From: Mytilus edulis
Taxonomy: Eukaryota
Assembly (NCBI RefSeq): GCF_963676685.1
Contig: NC_092353.1
Coordinates: forward strand, 20,435,307 to 20,499,306
Direction of reading: 5' to 3'
Length of the DNA: 64,000 nt
This document shows, in pieces, positions 11,831 through 23,860 of the stretch; within the stretch, counting starts at the first letter, position 1, and the number at the start of each line of letters is the position of its first letter. Under the pieces are notes generated by a model. It saw nothing but the letters and a program-made list of their open reading frames with translations, did no database searches and had not been told where the DNA came from. Position numbers and translations under genes: made by a program.

Positions 11831-14800
11831 ACCCTGATACGGAATCAACTATGTCACTGAAAGTTATAGAAAAGACGAGAAAAGGTCGTCCCGTAAATGT
11901 AATGGAGATACCTAAGAGATTTACAGCTAAACAGACAGTATCTGCTGCTAAGAAGAAAGATTTACTGAATCTTTGTAAAACTGGTGTTATTCCGAGAGAG
12001 TACAACAGCCTCTACAAAGGATTACAATCTGACAACAAAACACCAAATATACTCCCATATCCGGATTTTGAGGAGGATTAAATTGACTCCGAAAAAGAAG
12101 AATAATGATTAAGGCTGGAAACTGCATCAGTTGTCTTCAAAACAAATACAATCTAACAATCTTGGTTTATCAGTTATATTAATACAACTTAAGAGAATAT
12201 TAGGAAGAAGAACACTTGCGACATTTATAACATTAACTGATATAGTGAATTATGCATTTCATTTTCCATTCACGTAACCTTAGGAAACTCAATGATTGTT
12301 GCTGTGTTATATTTTGTTGTAATCAAGTACATGGAATTATTGTAGTCTAATTGCCACTTATGTCGAATTAAGGAAACATAAGAAAGTTTTCAAAAAGGAA
12401 TATTCTAAAGGGAAAGTTTAAATAAGCCTTTATTCCTCCATTATTATTTCAATTTTGAAATTACTATATTTTGTTTTATTAACAACATCCAATCTTTTTC
12501 TATTAGAACTTTTGTCTTTTCTTCTTTAAGATTCAGTGAAAATGACTTCACACAATACATACATTTATAAATTCAATTTCTTTATGTGTATATAATTTCA
12601 TCATGTGTTTTAGAAAAGAATAGTATTTATTATAAAAATAAAAAGGATCCATTGCCATAAATTCTTTTAAATTAAATGTAACCTTTTAAAACAAAAACAA
12701 AAAAATAATTGGAAAATAATTCGTCAAAAAAAATGATTTTGTTCACTGAATAATTATATATTCTTTTTAATTCACTTTCCGTGGTTACTTTGTGTATAGT
12801 TTTCCCTGTAATTACATCATCTTATATATTATTTACTTTAACTTAACAATGTTTAATTATTTTGAATTTGTTCACAGTATATAATTCAAAACAAATAAAA
12901 AATAATAAGTTATATTAATTCGTTTTTCAAATTCAACAATCTCTTATCGTTTGCAAATGCAATGATGCTTACAAAACAACATTTAGAATATGATATACCA
13001 CACAGGTTTAAATTTGTGACACAAACATCTGTATTACTTTTTAATCATACTTATCCGTTAAACGTTTCAAGTGCAATTATATCTTTTATCTGACAACCAA
13101 TTAGCATCAAATTATAAAAGGATAGTAACTATGTCTATTTTTGCAATCTATGTTAATTTGATACATTTCTGTAGTAAAATAGAATTTACATTTACAGTCA
13201 AACTTTGTATGTCGGTTTCTGAAAAGTCACAACTTTCTAGATACGAGATTGTTGCATTAACCCATCGATTTAATTTGTATTATCCCTTAAAAGACATGTT
13301 TTATGGATTTTTTAAATAGTTTTGATAGTTACTTATTCAAAAATATTATTAGTGGCAGAACGAGATAACATTTAGATAGATGACAATCTTGCTTAATAAG
13401 TGCTTTATAATATTCTTTACTTACATTCTCCGTTTATAAATTCATAAATTATAAAAACATTCAAATGGATCTCCTCTTACATCCTTTCTTGGTCCCATAA
13501 CTGTTGAATAACTAATTACAAAACACATAAATTAGTAGAGTATAAAATGTTTTAACCAACTGCCCCTACATTTGTTTCACTCACAGGGTTTACATATAAT
13601 TGACATGTTGTACGTTAATTGAATAGAAAAGTGTCTATCTTTTTTTCTACCGTTGGTAAGCGCTAGATTTTATTGCTGCAGGCATTTTGATATCAAATTG
13701 GAATGTGTTCCTGATTTCATGTGTCAGCTGCTTTTCATTCCTGATAACGAGATGTGCTGATAACACGGTCAATTAGATCATTTCACATTTAAGTAATAGG
13801 TTTTGCTTTTGCTTTTAAATACTTGACAAAATTGATCTGACATCCTTCTTTAAATGAAGATTTTTAAAAGTACATGCTTTTTTAACTATGCAATGAAGAT
13901 TTAATGTATCTGCTAACAGGGGTTCAAAATGTATTATGTATTTTTAGTTTCAATGCAAATCGTTATTTCTACATTGAACAACTAAATGTTTTGACCGCTA
14001 CATGTTTATATAAAAGAGCTTATATACTACTTCTATCCCATTAATTCATGCTGTTACTCATAGATAGATTTTGCTATCCTTGATAGGTCCTCATTGGTAC
14101 AAAATAATGCTACAATTTAGTCTGATAGAACAACATTAGATTAAATACAACTTAATATGCAAATAATGCAAATTCTAAGGCAGTTACTATCCCGTAACTC
14201 CCTTGTTATAAGCAGAAACATGAAGCAAACGGAACTTAAAAGAATCTGCAGTTTATAACTCTTGTTTCGTAGCTATATTTTAATAGGTTTTCGGTAACAA
14301 TAATAATTGTGGCAAGTGACAACGAATTCTTAAATAAAAAGAGTATCTACAGTCATCATCATCAATATGATATTTAAAAAAAAACCCATATCTGTATGTT
14401 ATTTCATCTTCACAATGTTTACTGTTGGTATGGAAGGTCTAACAGCATCACTGTCTCGTTATGGTCGTTAATATAACTATGACGCTAAAATGAAATTCAT
14501 ATTGTCGAGATCGAGTCTCTTAAATACAACATGAACACGTTAACAAAAGATGCATTATAATTTATTTGTGTAGGAAAAAAGGATTGGTAATTGTATTGTT
14601 CTTTGCAGGAGATATAACAGCTGCCACATTAATAATTACATTGTTTCAATACACCACATTGGGCTCCATATTTTTATTGATACCAATATTATTTTATGAA
14701 CCTTTTTGAATATTTTTAAATAATTCAAATTCACCTTGAAACATGTATGCATGATTAAGCAACATGCATATTGAATGATATGCGACAGAAAAGCTAATGA

Positions 14801-15339
14801 AGCAACTTGTATTGAGTAAATGTTATGCAGTAAAACTTTATAATCCGTCTAATAGTCACAGGGCTCCACATATTGCAAACTATCATTTTACTAGTAAATA
14901 TCAAATATTAAAACCATCATTAGAATCATTCGAAAGAATAAAACACAATGTCAAAAATAATTGATTTTAATGAGTTGAATATTGTTAACAGTTGCCATGT
15001 GTGCAACTAACAGTGCTATGGTTAAATATGATACTCCTGCATGGGCAAATATAATTAAGACAACGCACAGACAACTCCCTACAATAACACTGAAAACCAA
15101 TTTGAGTAACTAACTTTCTAAAACCTGGATCTTTGAATAAAATGGGAAAATATCATTACATAAAATGTAGTATGCTCAATGAAATTGACCCTTTTCAGTT
15201 ATTGAAATATTTAATTGTTGCACTATGTCTACAAATATGAACCATCGTATTTTATTTTAGGTCGTCTTGCTTACATAAAATACAGGTAAGTATGAACATC
15301 ATATATTGGAAGAAAAGAATTAAAGCTAAAAAACTCTCG

Positions 15340-15700
15340 TAATTTACTGTCGATATGCACGTCTACATAGTATGTCCTTAATATCTAAAAAGGTTTCATG
15401 AAATTCTGTTGTGTGGTTTCAGAGGAGTTGCGATGACAAACTGTTGCAGTAGTATATTTAGGCAAATAAGTTTAAAGGGGCGTAACCTCTAGAAAAAAAA
15501 TTGTATCGTAATTTCCTGTCGATATGCACATCTACATAGTATGTCCTTATTATCGACAAAGTTTCATGAAATTCTGTTGTGTGATTTCAGAGGAGTTGCG
15601 ATGACAAACTGTTGCAGTAGTATATTGGGGCAAATAAGTTCAAAGGGGATTAACTCCTAGAAAAAAATTGAATCATAATTTCCATAGTATGTCCTTATTA
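15340..15700. repeat. ~188-bp tandem duplication, ~2.3 copies
   Basis: 15340-15527 is near-identical to 15528-15700 (tttcatgaaattctgttgtgtg.tttcagaggagttgcgatgacaaactgttgcagtagtatat). Confidence 0.8.
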
Positions 15701-16065
15701 TCTAAAAACTCCTCTGAAACCATACAAAGTCAGAAATATTTGTGATATGACGTATAAATGTAATGTTTTGTACTTCCTGAATTTGTTTTTGAAACAATCT
15801 TTTTTCCACAGAAAATGCCAATTTTTGAGAAAATATCCAAATTACCGTTATCGATCCGGGTCTTATACGCTTTCGCATGCTCAGTCGACGTACTGCCCGC
15901 AGAATTTAACTTTATATATGAATAATATAGGACAATGGAGTAGATTAAAAATTACACCATTTCCGGCCCTTTTGTTTTCCACATAATTAATATTCCCAAT
16001 AATTAAAAAGTTGCGGGTCGAATCCGATACCGATTCCAATAGTATATTTCACATAATTACCTGAT

Positions 16066-16074
16066 CCCTGTTAC
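16066..16074. repeat. Left 9-bp target-site duplication CCCTGTTAC of the FLYWCH element
   Basis: Identical 9-mer at 17188-17196, immediately outside the inverted termini. Confidence 0.6.
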
Positions 16075-17187
16075 CGGTGCTTTTCATTTGCGCCAATTGG
16101 CATTTCATTTGCGCCAAAAAAATCTTTCATTTGCGCCACAAACCATATTTCATTTGCGCCAAAAACTAAATCTTTCATTTGCGCCAATATTACAGGTAAG
16201 TACAGGTAAATACAGGTAAATACAGGTAATAATAGTATAAAACATAAAAAATTTCAAAAAGTCTTTCAATAATGAAGAATCATATTCCACTGAGAAATCA
16301 GTTATCATAAAATCATGTTAAAACCTGAATACAACCGAAAAGAAAGCACTATACACTGGAGTACATTATTGAGACATTTGTTAGCACTATAGTAAAGTTA
16401 CAAGTCTGTTCTGGCACAAAATTTATAAGCAACGGTCTTGATGTAGTCATGCCTTGAAATTTCCCCATGCCATGTTTCTCCATAAGAAAGTGAGTTTTCT
16501 CTTTCTCCCATCGTCGAACTGCAGCCGGTGTGTCCATAGATCTCATTTTGATGTATGTAGTAGCCTGAATCTTCTTTACAACGTCAACATAAATAAACAT
16601 GTTTGGATGTTTTGAATAAAATTGTTCATTAAAATGTGCATGGAATGACTCCGAACTCTGACTCTGAGTTGTTGAGATTCTACTTTCTTCTTTATTCCAT
16701 GGTTGTGCTCGTTTAAAGTTTTTATAATTGTTTTGCTGTCCGTATCAGTCGTAATCCTGGCTTTACAGGTTTTTTCGGTACACCTGATGGATTTTTCTCC
16801 ATTTTTTAAAACGCTTGATAACCTATATATGTGGTCATCAAATATCACAGAATTCTTCCCTCTGTTTGTCTCAGATTTGACTATGTCCACCTTGACACCT
16901 CACACTGGACTGGTCATGTGAACACTATATATATAATTATAACCTTAGTGACTCTCAGTTTTGTAAATAGAAATGAGTATGAACTCACACATATAACCAA
17001 GGGGGAGTTATGTACAAACAGAAAACAAAATAAATCGTAAATAATATTTATCTTTTCCGTTATATTACCTGTCATACCTGTAAAATGGCGCAAATGAAGG
17101 GTTTTCTTTTGGCGCAAATGATATATAACCTTGTGGCGCAAATGAAAGGTTTGATTTTTTTTTAAATTGGCGCAAATGAAATGCGCC
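16075..17187. mobile_element. ~1.1-kb non-autonomous DNA transposon with inverted repeats, likely MULE-related; ~23-bp imperfect terminal inverted repeats plus subterminal repeat arrays, carrying a FLYWCH zinc-finger ORF
   Basis: Left terminus cGGTGCTTTTCATTTGCGCCAATT matches rc of the right terminus GGCGCATTTCATTTGCGCCAATT. Five TTCATTTGCGCCA and four TACAGGTAA repeats at 16081-16240 are mirrored by TGGCGCAAATGAA and acctgt repeats at 17040-17187. Flanked by a perfect 9-bp direct repeat. Confidence 0.6.
16576..16890 (-). CDS. FLYWCH-type zinc-finger domain ORF (…RGKNSVIFDDHIYRLSSVLKNGEKSIRCTEKTCKARITTDTDSKTIIKTLNEHNH…); may continue into ORF 16349-16600
   Basis: Matches the FLYWCH pattern F/V..s.RGk..l..dgy.Y......g...(W/R)C....C.aR........i......HNH. 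Confidence 0.55.
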   Translation of the reverse strand: MDIVKSETNRGKNSVIFDDHIYRLSSVLKNGEKSIRCTEKTCKARITTDTDSKTIIKTLNEHNHGIKKKVESQQLRVRVRSHSMHILMNNFIQNIQTCLFMLTL

Positions 17188-17196
17188 CCCTGTTAC
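17188..17196. repeat. Right 9-bp target-site duplication CCCTGTTAC
   Basis: Direct repeat of 16066-16074. Confidence 0.6.
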
Positions 17197-17214
17197 ATAA
17201 TCTGTACATTCCGC

Positions 17215-17700
17215 CTCTGTCAGGCGCACACCAAACGGTGTATTGAGGATTTGCTATTAAGGGGGCTCCTTGGTATAAATCAATTTTTTTTTCTAATATA
17301 GGATTTCGCTATATTTTTTTTATAAATGAACTTTATCATATACTTAAAGGAAAAATGAAATAAAAAGATGGAGTCACCGTTCATTTAAGCTCACAATCTG
17401 CCTCTGGAAGAAGCATACATTTTTGTTAATGTCCTTTTTTTCTGTTGAACTAATAGGAGAAATAGATGTAATATCGAAATAAAAAAATAACCTAATTACA
17501 GAAATTGCTTAAATTTTACAACTATTTAGTTTATGTACAGCTTATTTGAAAACAATAATAAAAAATATAGGTCACCGTTGAGTTAAAAAAAGTTATTTCA
17601 AATTTATGGCATTTTTGCACCAAAGAGAGATAATTTGGAGCTTTTTCAATGATATAAACATTTTAAAAGTCATCTGGGGCCAAACTGAATAAATTTTTTG
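17215..17700 (-). repeat. Copy B of the ~520-bp interspersed repeat, inverted relative to 180-720
   Basis: See 180-720; lies immediately next to the right end of the FLYWCH element. Confidence 0.6.
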
Positions 17701-17920
17701 GGTTGATTTTTGTACCATATCATTAAGTAATAATAAATGGTGTAATAAATAAAACTTGTAATGAAAAAATAAAGGTTTAATTTTTTGCTGAAATTTTTTT
17801 ACCCAGGAGCCACCTTAACACGGGTAATAATCACACCTGAACTTCGTGATTTTACCAAAATGACAATACGAATTCTAAAAATTCAGGCTAAAACTAAGGG
17901 GTAAGTTCTTTAATTCAGTC

Positions 17921-18125
17921 AAGGACCTGCGATGCATACCCGTAGCCAGGGGGGGGGGGGGGGGTTCGGACGAAACCGCCCTTGAAAACAAATAATGACA
18001 GTTAAAGTCAACGTTGTGTTCGAATTGTTACTGTTAAAGTCTAGTTTTTGAGGCCAACGAACCTTCTTTGGAAATTCCTGGCTACGGGCCTGCGATGTCG
18101 CGGGTATGGTATAGTTAGCCTTATG
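17921..18125. repeat. Palindromic MITE-like element with a 17-nt poly-G tract; inverted cccgtagccagg / cctggctacggg plus direct cctgcgatg at both ends
   Basis: Direct reading; same general architecture as 7546-7693. Confidence 0.5.
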
Positions 18126-18995
18126 CGTTTCGTCCATATGTATGAATGAATAACCAGTTGCACTCAGGACTCTTCAGTAGATAGTGCAAATGGTTAAAAA
18201 GGTGACAAAACCACATAGCATCATATTCCAGGTAGCAATGTTCGGTATATGTCAATGTACTTTTTTTTATTTGGCTATCTGGATGGAAAGTATTTGTTTC
18301 AAATGCATCTAAAATAATTTAATCTATCTTAAACTATTCATGCTCAGTGGATGCTGCTTCAATACTTCCTGGTGATGACAATTTCAACGATCTTACCTTT
18401 GTTGTTTATATCAGAAAGAATGCATTGGCATAACAATGAACTGAGCTTAATGCAAAGCACTTTAATAATGCACTTAGACAGAGGGCTCAATCCAGTGATT
18501 TACTTCTTGAACACCAAAAAACAAACATGCCTTACTGCACGGATCGGAGGTCCTGAAAATAGACATGTAAATTAATTATATAATATGTAAATAAAATGTC
18601 TATGTACATGTATATAAAACTCAAATACAAATATATAAAAATACAAATTTCTGATAAAAATAGTTAGTAAAAAGCAAGTAGATGTCACTATATGCACAAA
18701 TAAATACATCCTGAGTGCCTTTCTCTTGAAATAAGAACACACTTCCACCTTATCTTGGTAAACAGGTGAAGAAAAAAACATTCAAAACTAAAAAGTTTTC
18801 AGTGTCTATTACCATCACCACTGAATCAATATATTTGTATTAGTACATGTACATGTATTTGCATCAGTGTAAAAATGTGCTAAAAAGTAGTAAATTTTTT
18901 ACTAAAATAAATGTATAATTTACGCTTGTGTATGGCTGTATGTAATTGTTTCGCGCCTACATCAATATTCATAGCAGTGGAAAAGTTTTTCTGTG

Positions 18996-19021
18996 GATAA
19001 ATATATATATATATATATATA
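18996..19021. repeat. (AT)n microsatellite; others at 27090-27108, 31716-31730 and 63163-63183
   Basis: Direct reading. Confidence 0.9.
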
Positions 19022-19096
19022 AATGTACGTCTGAGTCAGTGACAACTCAACAACAGATTTATCCATCGGATCACCAGCAAAGTTGGTGATACATGG

Positions 19097-19296
19097 CTGT
19101 GTACATTATGTATATACAACTCGTCTAAACATCAACCCAATGTTAGATCTGTAAATTTGCTTTCTCAATTTTTTTTGTCACGATATCTCAGTAGCCTGGG
19201 TTCGAATCCCGGCGAGGGAAGAACAAAAAAATTGAGAAAGCAAATTTACAGATTTAACATTGTTGGGTTGATGTTTAGACGAGTTGTATATACATA
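19097..19296. repeat. Foldback element: ~70-bp near-perfect inverted arms around a ~56-bp loop containing a tRNA T-arm-like sequence (agcctgGGTTCGAATCCcggc)
   Basis: Left arm 19097-19168 is the reverse complement of 19225-19296, including a perfect 27-mer (ctgtaaatttgctttctcaattttttt); the loop holds the GGTTCGAATCC TpsiC consensus. Confidence 0.7.
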
Positions 19297-20179
19297 TATA
19301 CATGATATACACAAGGCTGGTGTGGACGAATGGACTACATCTAGACATAAGGTCTATGCAATTTTGATAAATATATACATGTATATATGTACACGAGGCT
19401 GGTGTGGACACACTTGCATGGATGCACAAAAAATCTAGATACATGAAGATAGAGAGAGCGAGGTATTGATGATTTTATACAGAGTTTTATGTATTTTACT
19501 TTCGAAAAAAAAAGACATTGCAATAAAATGGATGTATCAGACATGTCAGATGCAGACGCTAATCTATTTAACTCTCCCAGTCATCCATTATGGAGTCAAA
19601 GTCTCGTGACAGTACTCATGTACAACTAAAACTATGCCTAGTAATTCATCTGATTCAACAAATGCAAGTACTGTGAAATGTTTCAAAACAGCCTATTAAT
19701 TGTGAAGTAATTGCAGGTCTCCCCATTTATGTTAAAAAATAAAACAAATTGACAAATAATAATTAGATGACCATTAGTCCAAAGCAAGGTGTTACAGGGA
19801 AAAAAAATAGCTAACAAATTGACAAATAATTAGATAACCGTTAGTCCAAAGACGGAACGTGTCACAGGAAAAAAATAAAATAGCCTTTCAACATGGTCAA
19901 GACGTCATAATTATTTGGCTTAGATGACCATTTGATAATTTTGGGGGCCATAAGTAATATTTTCCAAATTGAATATTCATTTTCATCTGTTATGCTTATT
20001 TTATTCAGTGGACATGTGGATATGATATTCATTTTCAAAATCCAAAAACTCCCCAAAAAATCAAAGAATAATGATCCCCTTTCCTTTCAACTTTATACTA
20101 CTTCTGTACTCAGATCTAATCCTCTTGCACACTGTTTTTGTTGCTCTCAAGAACATATATAACTATATTATAATAAGTT

Positions 20180-21430
20180 TAGCTTCTACAGACCCCTTAT
20201 CTGGAATCTGGGAAATGTCCTACTATAGTGAGAATTTCTTCTCACAATCGATAGGGATTTTTGTTTGGGGGTAAAAGTTTTGAAGCTATGTGTTAAGGGG
20301 AGGGGGGTCATTATGTGGTGAAAATTTTGAACATACCCTTCAGCCGATAAACGAAGACCGTTCCCTAGGTTTAGCTTCTAGATACCCCTCTACTTAGTGA
20401 GAATTTCTCCTCGCGTAAGGTTCCAGTTCTCATTATTGAATCCGACTGAAAACATATGAAAAAGCATTCCGACCTGGGAGTTCTTGCCTTCACCTGTTAA
20501 ATCTGACAGTCAAGAGACAGGTTATTCCACTGGTCGACTAAAACAAATTTCACTGACGGCAATCGATAGGGATTTTTGTTTGGGGTCAAAGTTTTGAAGC
20601 TATGTGGTAAGGGGAGGGGGTCATTATGTGGTTCATAAATATTTTTTTTTGGGGGGGGGGTCAATAAATTTGAACATATATACCCCTCAGCTGATAAACA
20701 ATGACCGTTCCCTAAGTTTAGCTTCAACAGACCACTCTACTATAGTGCGAATTTCTCCTCGCGTAAGGTTCCAGTTCTTATTATTTAAATCCAACTGAAA
20801 ACATGTGAAAAGTATTCCGACCTGGGAGTTCTTGCCTTCACCTGTTAAATCTGACAGTCAAGAGACAGGTTATTCCACTGGTCCACTAAAACAAATTTCA
20901 CTGACGGCAATCGATAGGGATTTTTGTTTGGGGTCAAAGTTTTGAAGCTATGTGGTAAGGGGAGGGGGTCATTATGTGGTTCATAAATATTTTTTTTTTG
21001 GGGGGGGGGTCAATAAATTTGAACATATATACCCCTCAGCTGATAAACAATGACCGTTCCCTAAGTTTAGCTTCAACAGACCACTCTACTATAGTGCGAA
21101 TTTCTCCTCGCGTAAGGTTCCAGTTCTTATTATTTAAATCCAACTGAAAACATGTGAAAAGTATTCCGACCTGGGAGTTCTTGCCTTCACCTGTTAAATC
21201 TGACAGTCAAGAGACAGGTTATTCCACTGGTCCACTAAAACAAATTTCACTGACGGCAATCGATAGGGATTTTTGTTTGGGGGGTCAAAGTTTTGAAGCT
21301 ATGTGGTAAGGGGAGGGGTGACCGTTCCCTAAGTTCAGCTTCTACAGACCCCTCTACTATAGTGAGAATTTCTCCTCGCGTAAGGTTCCAGTCCTCATTA
21401 TTTAAATCCAACTGAAAACATATGAAAAAG
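20180..21430. repeat. Satellite-like tandem array with a ~350-bp unit, ~3.5 copies; the first copy has an internal deletion
   Basis: Unit starts (gaccgttccctaRgtttagcttc) at ~20352, 20702, 21051 and 21319; copies >95% identical; G-runs inside the unit. Confidence 0.85.
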
Positions 21431-21451
21431 CATTCCTTTTTTTTTCGAGAG

Positions 21452-21492
21452 TCACTGATGAGTCTTTTGTAGACGAAACGCGCGAAAATCCT
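21452..21492 (+). ncRNA. Hammerhead-ribozyme-like core (gagagtcaCTGATGAgtcttttgtagacGAAACgcgcg), abutting the 350-bp satellite; stem III and the cleavage site appear truncated here
   Basis: CUGAUGA, a GUCU/AGAC helix II, then GAAAC, in the canonical order and spacing of minimal type I hammerheads. Confidence 0.4.
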
Positions 21493-22984
21493 GGTATCTA
21501 TGATGAGTTTATTTACTCTTTTCTTATTACGTAAGTTATAACATGTTAAACGTACGATTTTGACTTTTGCCTTTCAGTGTCACTTATAAAACGATATTAT
21601 CAACTACATTAGAAGAATGCCAGCTACATAAAAAAAATAGATCTATTGTTATGTAGTTGATCGTTTTGTAGTGGACGTATACATACTTTGTGGCATTTAT
21701 TAATACCACGGATATTTCGACATCACACACACTGTAAATGCAAAATATTGGTTATAATGATATAGATATGAACGTGTTTGATGTTCCATTGTAATCTTTA
21801 TAGAAAATCCCGTTTCCAAGTGGACCAGTAAAAAAATACATTTTACCGCTACCTACTTAAATGCCAAAAAATATTGATTCCATTACAGAGTTATCTATTT
21901 ATGCACTCATTATTATCATGATATGTAGAGTTATGGTTTAGTATAGGCACTTTCTAGATACAAAATGAGTTTCATGGGTTATATTATAACAAACAAATAT
22001 CAAATACACTTAAAACATTAAGATAAATCTGAAACCAAAACCAGCAACTTAAGGTGTTGTTATATCAATCTACATTATATTTTCTATCTAAACAGAATTT
22101 TTAAAGATTTATGTAATTGTAAAGATGTTTATATTGATACGATATTTGGTATTTTTGGGGTTGGGTCATGCAGTTTGACGTCATGTTAGGGCTTTGAGCA
22201 TAATTTTCAAGAAATCAACGGACCTATTCCTTGTTTGTCTATTGCAAATAGTAGAACTTACGTGGCACTAAGCAGGACACCAAAATTCAAGTAATGACAC
22301 ATCCGTATTTTCCTCACAGGTCAGTTGTACAAGAATGTTGACAGATTTTGTAAAAGAACTTAAACTAAACGAAATATTTAGTAAATAAGCAAATTGCACA
22401 GGTTTGCGATGAAAAAAAAACCCAATGTTATCCTATATATTAGATGCAAATTATTCAGTCATCTCGTTTTTTTGGGGGGCAAAATATCTATCAGGTCAAA
22501 ATATTTTTTATTCAGATCCTAAATCCCTCCTCCTTTAAAAGAAACCCAAAAGAAGCAAATAAAATCAGATTGTCGTTCACAAACCCCGATCGTATGAAAA
22601 ACACTCTGTTATCATCAACCGATCAATCTGTTATCTTGATCGATAATGTCACCGTAATCATGTGTTTATTTATTCAAAGTATATCCTTAAGGGGTTACAA
22701 TGTAGTATTCTATTTAGTAATAGTATTTGAAATATGAATGATTAATAATCATAAGTATCATCAGTTTAAACTTTGAATGACGTCAGTTAGATATTTAAAT
22801 CTTAATATCTCATTTAGATCAATCAATACACGTCCTATGGCTTGTTAAGATTTCACAGATTGTTCATGTGATAGCCTAGAAATGTATAAATGAATTATTA
22901 TTTTTTAATGATATTTGTCAATGTGAATGGCTAACGAAACAAAAAGTCTACGTGCGTTAAGTGAGACATTTAGCAAGCTATAAA

Positions 22985-23110
22985 ACAAGGTTTAATCCCA
23001 CATTTTCTACCTAAGAAAATGCCTGAACAAAGTTAGGAAGTTGTCCATTCGTTTGATGTGTTTGAGCTTTTGATTTTGCCATTTGATTAGGGACTTTCCG
23101 CTTTGAATTT
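22985..23110 (+). repeat. Interspersed repeat family B copy (aaacaaggtttaatcccacattttctac...ttgtccattcgtttgatgtgtttgagcttttgattttgccatttgatt)
   Basis: Matches copies at 33790-33920, 37010-37100, 57500-57600 and rc 47130-47310. Confidence 0.6.
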
Positions 23111-23829
23111 CCCTCGGATTTCAGTATTTTTATAATTTTACTTTTTTCTATACATACTAACCCAGTAATGTGTATCACAACTTTGTAATATCAGATCAGG
23201 AATGCAGAACAATTTGTCTTTTCTAAATAGATTATTTAAAGTTGTCTGTATTATTTTCTTGGCATGTAACCTAAAGTTCTCTTATAAATGTAGTTAAGCT
23301 TATAACTTATAGATAAAGATAGAATTTAAGGCAAAATTATCTTTTTTTTAGTGAATGCTTCATCCCTGTGAGATTCTTTGATGCTCACAATTACTGAATA
23401 GAAGAACCTTTATAATTTTACTCTTCACAATAATATTATCTTCGATTTGAAACCACCACACCTAGACAACGACCTTCAAGTACTGTTTGTCCCCTCTGTC
23501 AACACAAGTTGTGAGTTAGATTTGTAAATAGTCTTTGCATCTTTTGCAACACTTCAAGAAGGGGGTGATTTTTACCCAGCCACACATCTCTAAACAATTA
23601 TTTTAGTATGTTACCAACCCTGCCCTACCCAGACCCTGTGAACATAGTGGAAAACGGATTTCTTTTTGTTCATATCCGCAGCTATTGGTGTCTGAGATTA
23701 AGAAGATCTTTTCTGTTTATAACTTATACAATTCATATAAAAAAAGAATTGAGTTGCCTCTCTTGACATGTTAGTGTTTATATTTTGAAGATCATTCATT
23801 TTTTAATATTTCACATGTAAATGTCTGTC

Positions 23830-23832
23830 CAT
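23830..23832. repeat. Candidate 3-bp target-site duplication CAT, left side (repeated at 30444-30446)
   Basis: CAT directly abuts both terminal inverted repeats if they are taken as TAAGCCYCAG...; if the inverted repeat is taken to start at GCC instead, the flanks are TAA (left) and TTA (right), which are not identical. Confidence 0.4.
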
Positions 23833-23860
23833 TAAGCCCCAGTCACACTGTCACGTTTCG
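23833..23860 (+). repeat. Harbinger left terminal inverted repeat (28 bp)
   Basis: See element entry. Confidence 0.75.

Noticed and set aside
11440-12005. 113-aa ORF with the periodic sequence VDFVSGFTVTLACWI
   Set aside because: It is a translation of the 48-bp tandem repeat. The periodicity is exactly 16 aa and there is no start or upstream context.
16349-16600. Separate gene call for the 83-aa ORF downstream of the FLYWCH ORF
   Set aside because: It is probably the continuation of the same degraded reading frame within the 1.1-kb element. It has no independent domain signal, so it is folded into the element description.
20180-21430. The 350-bp satellite as a retrozyme multimer
   Set aside because: I scanned the unit on both strands and found no CUGAUGA or GAAAC core inside it. 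The hammerhead-like motif only begins after the array ends.
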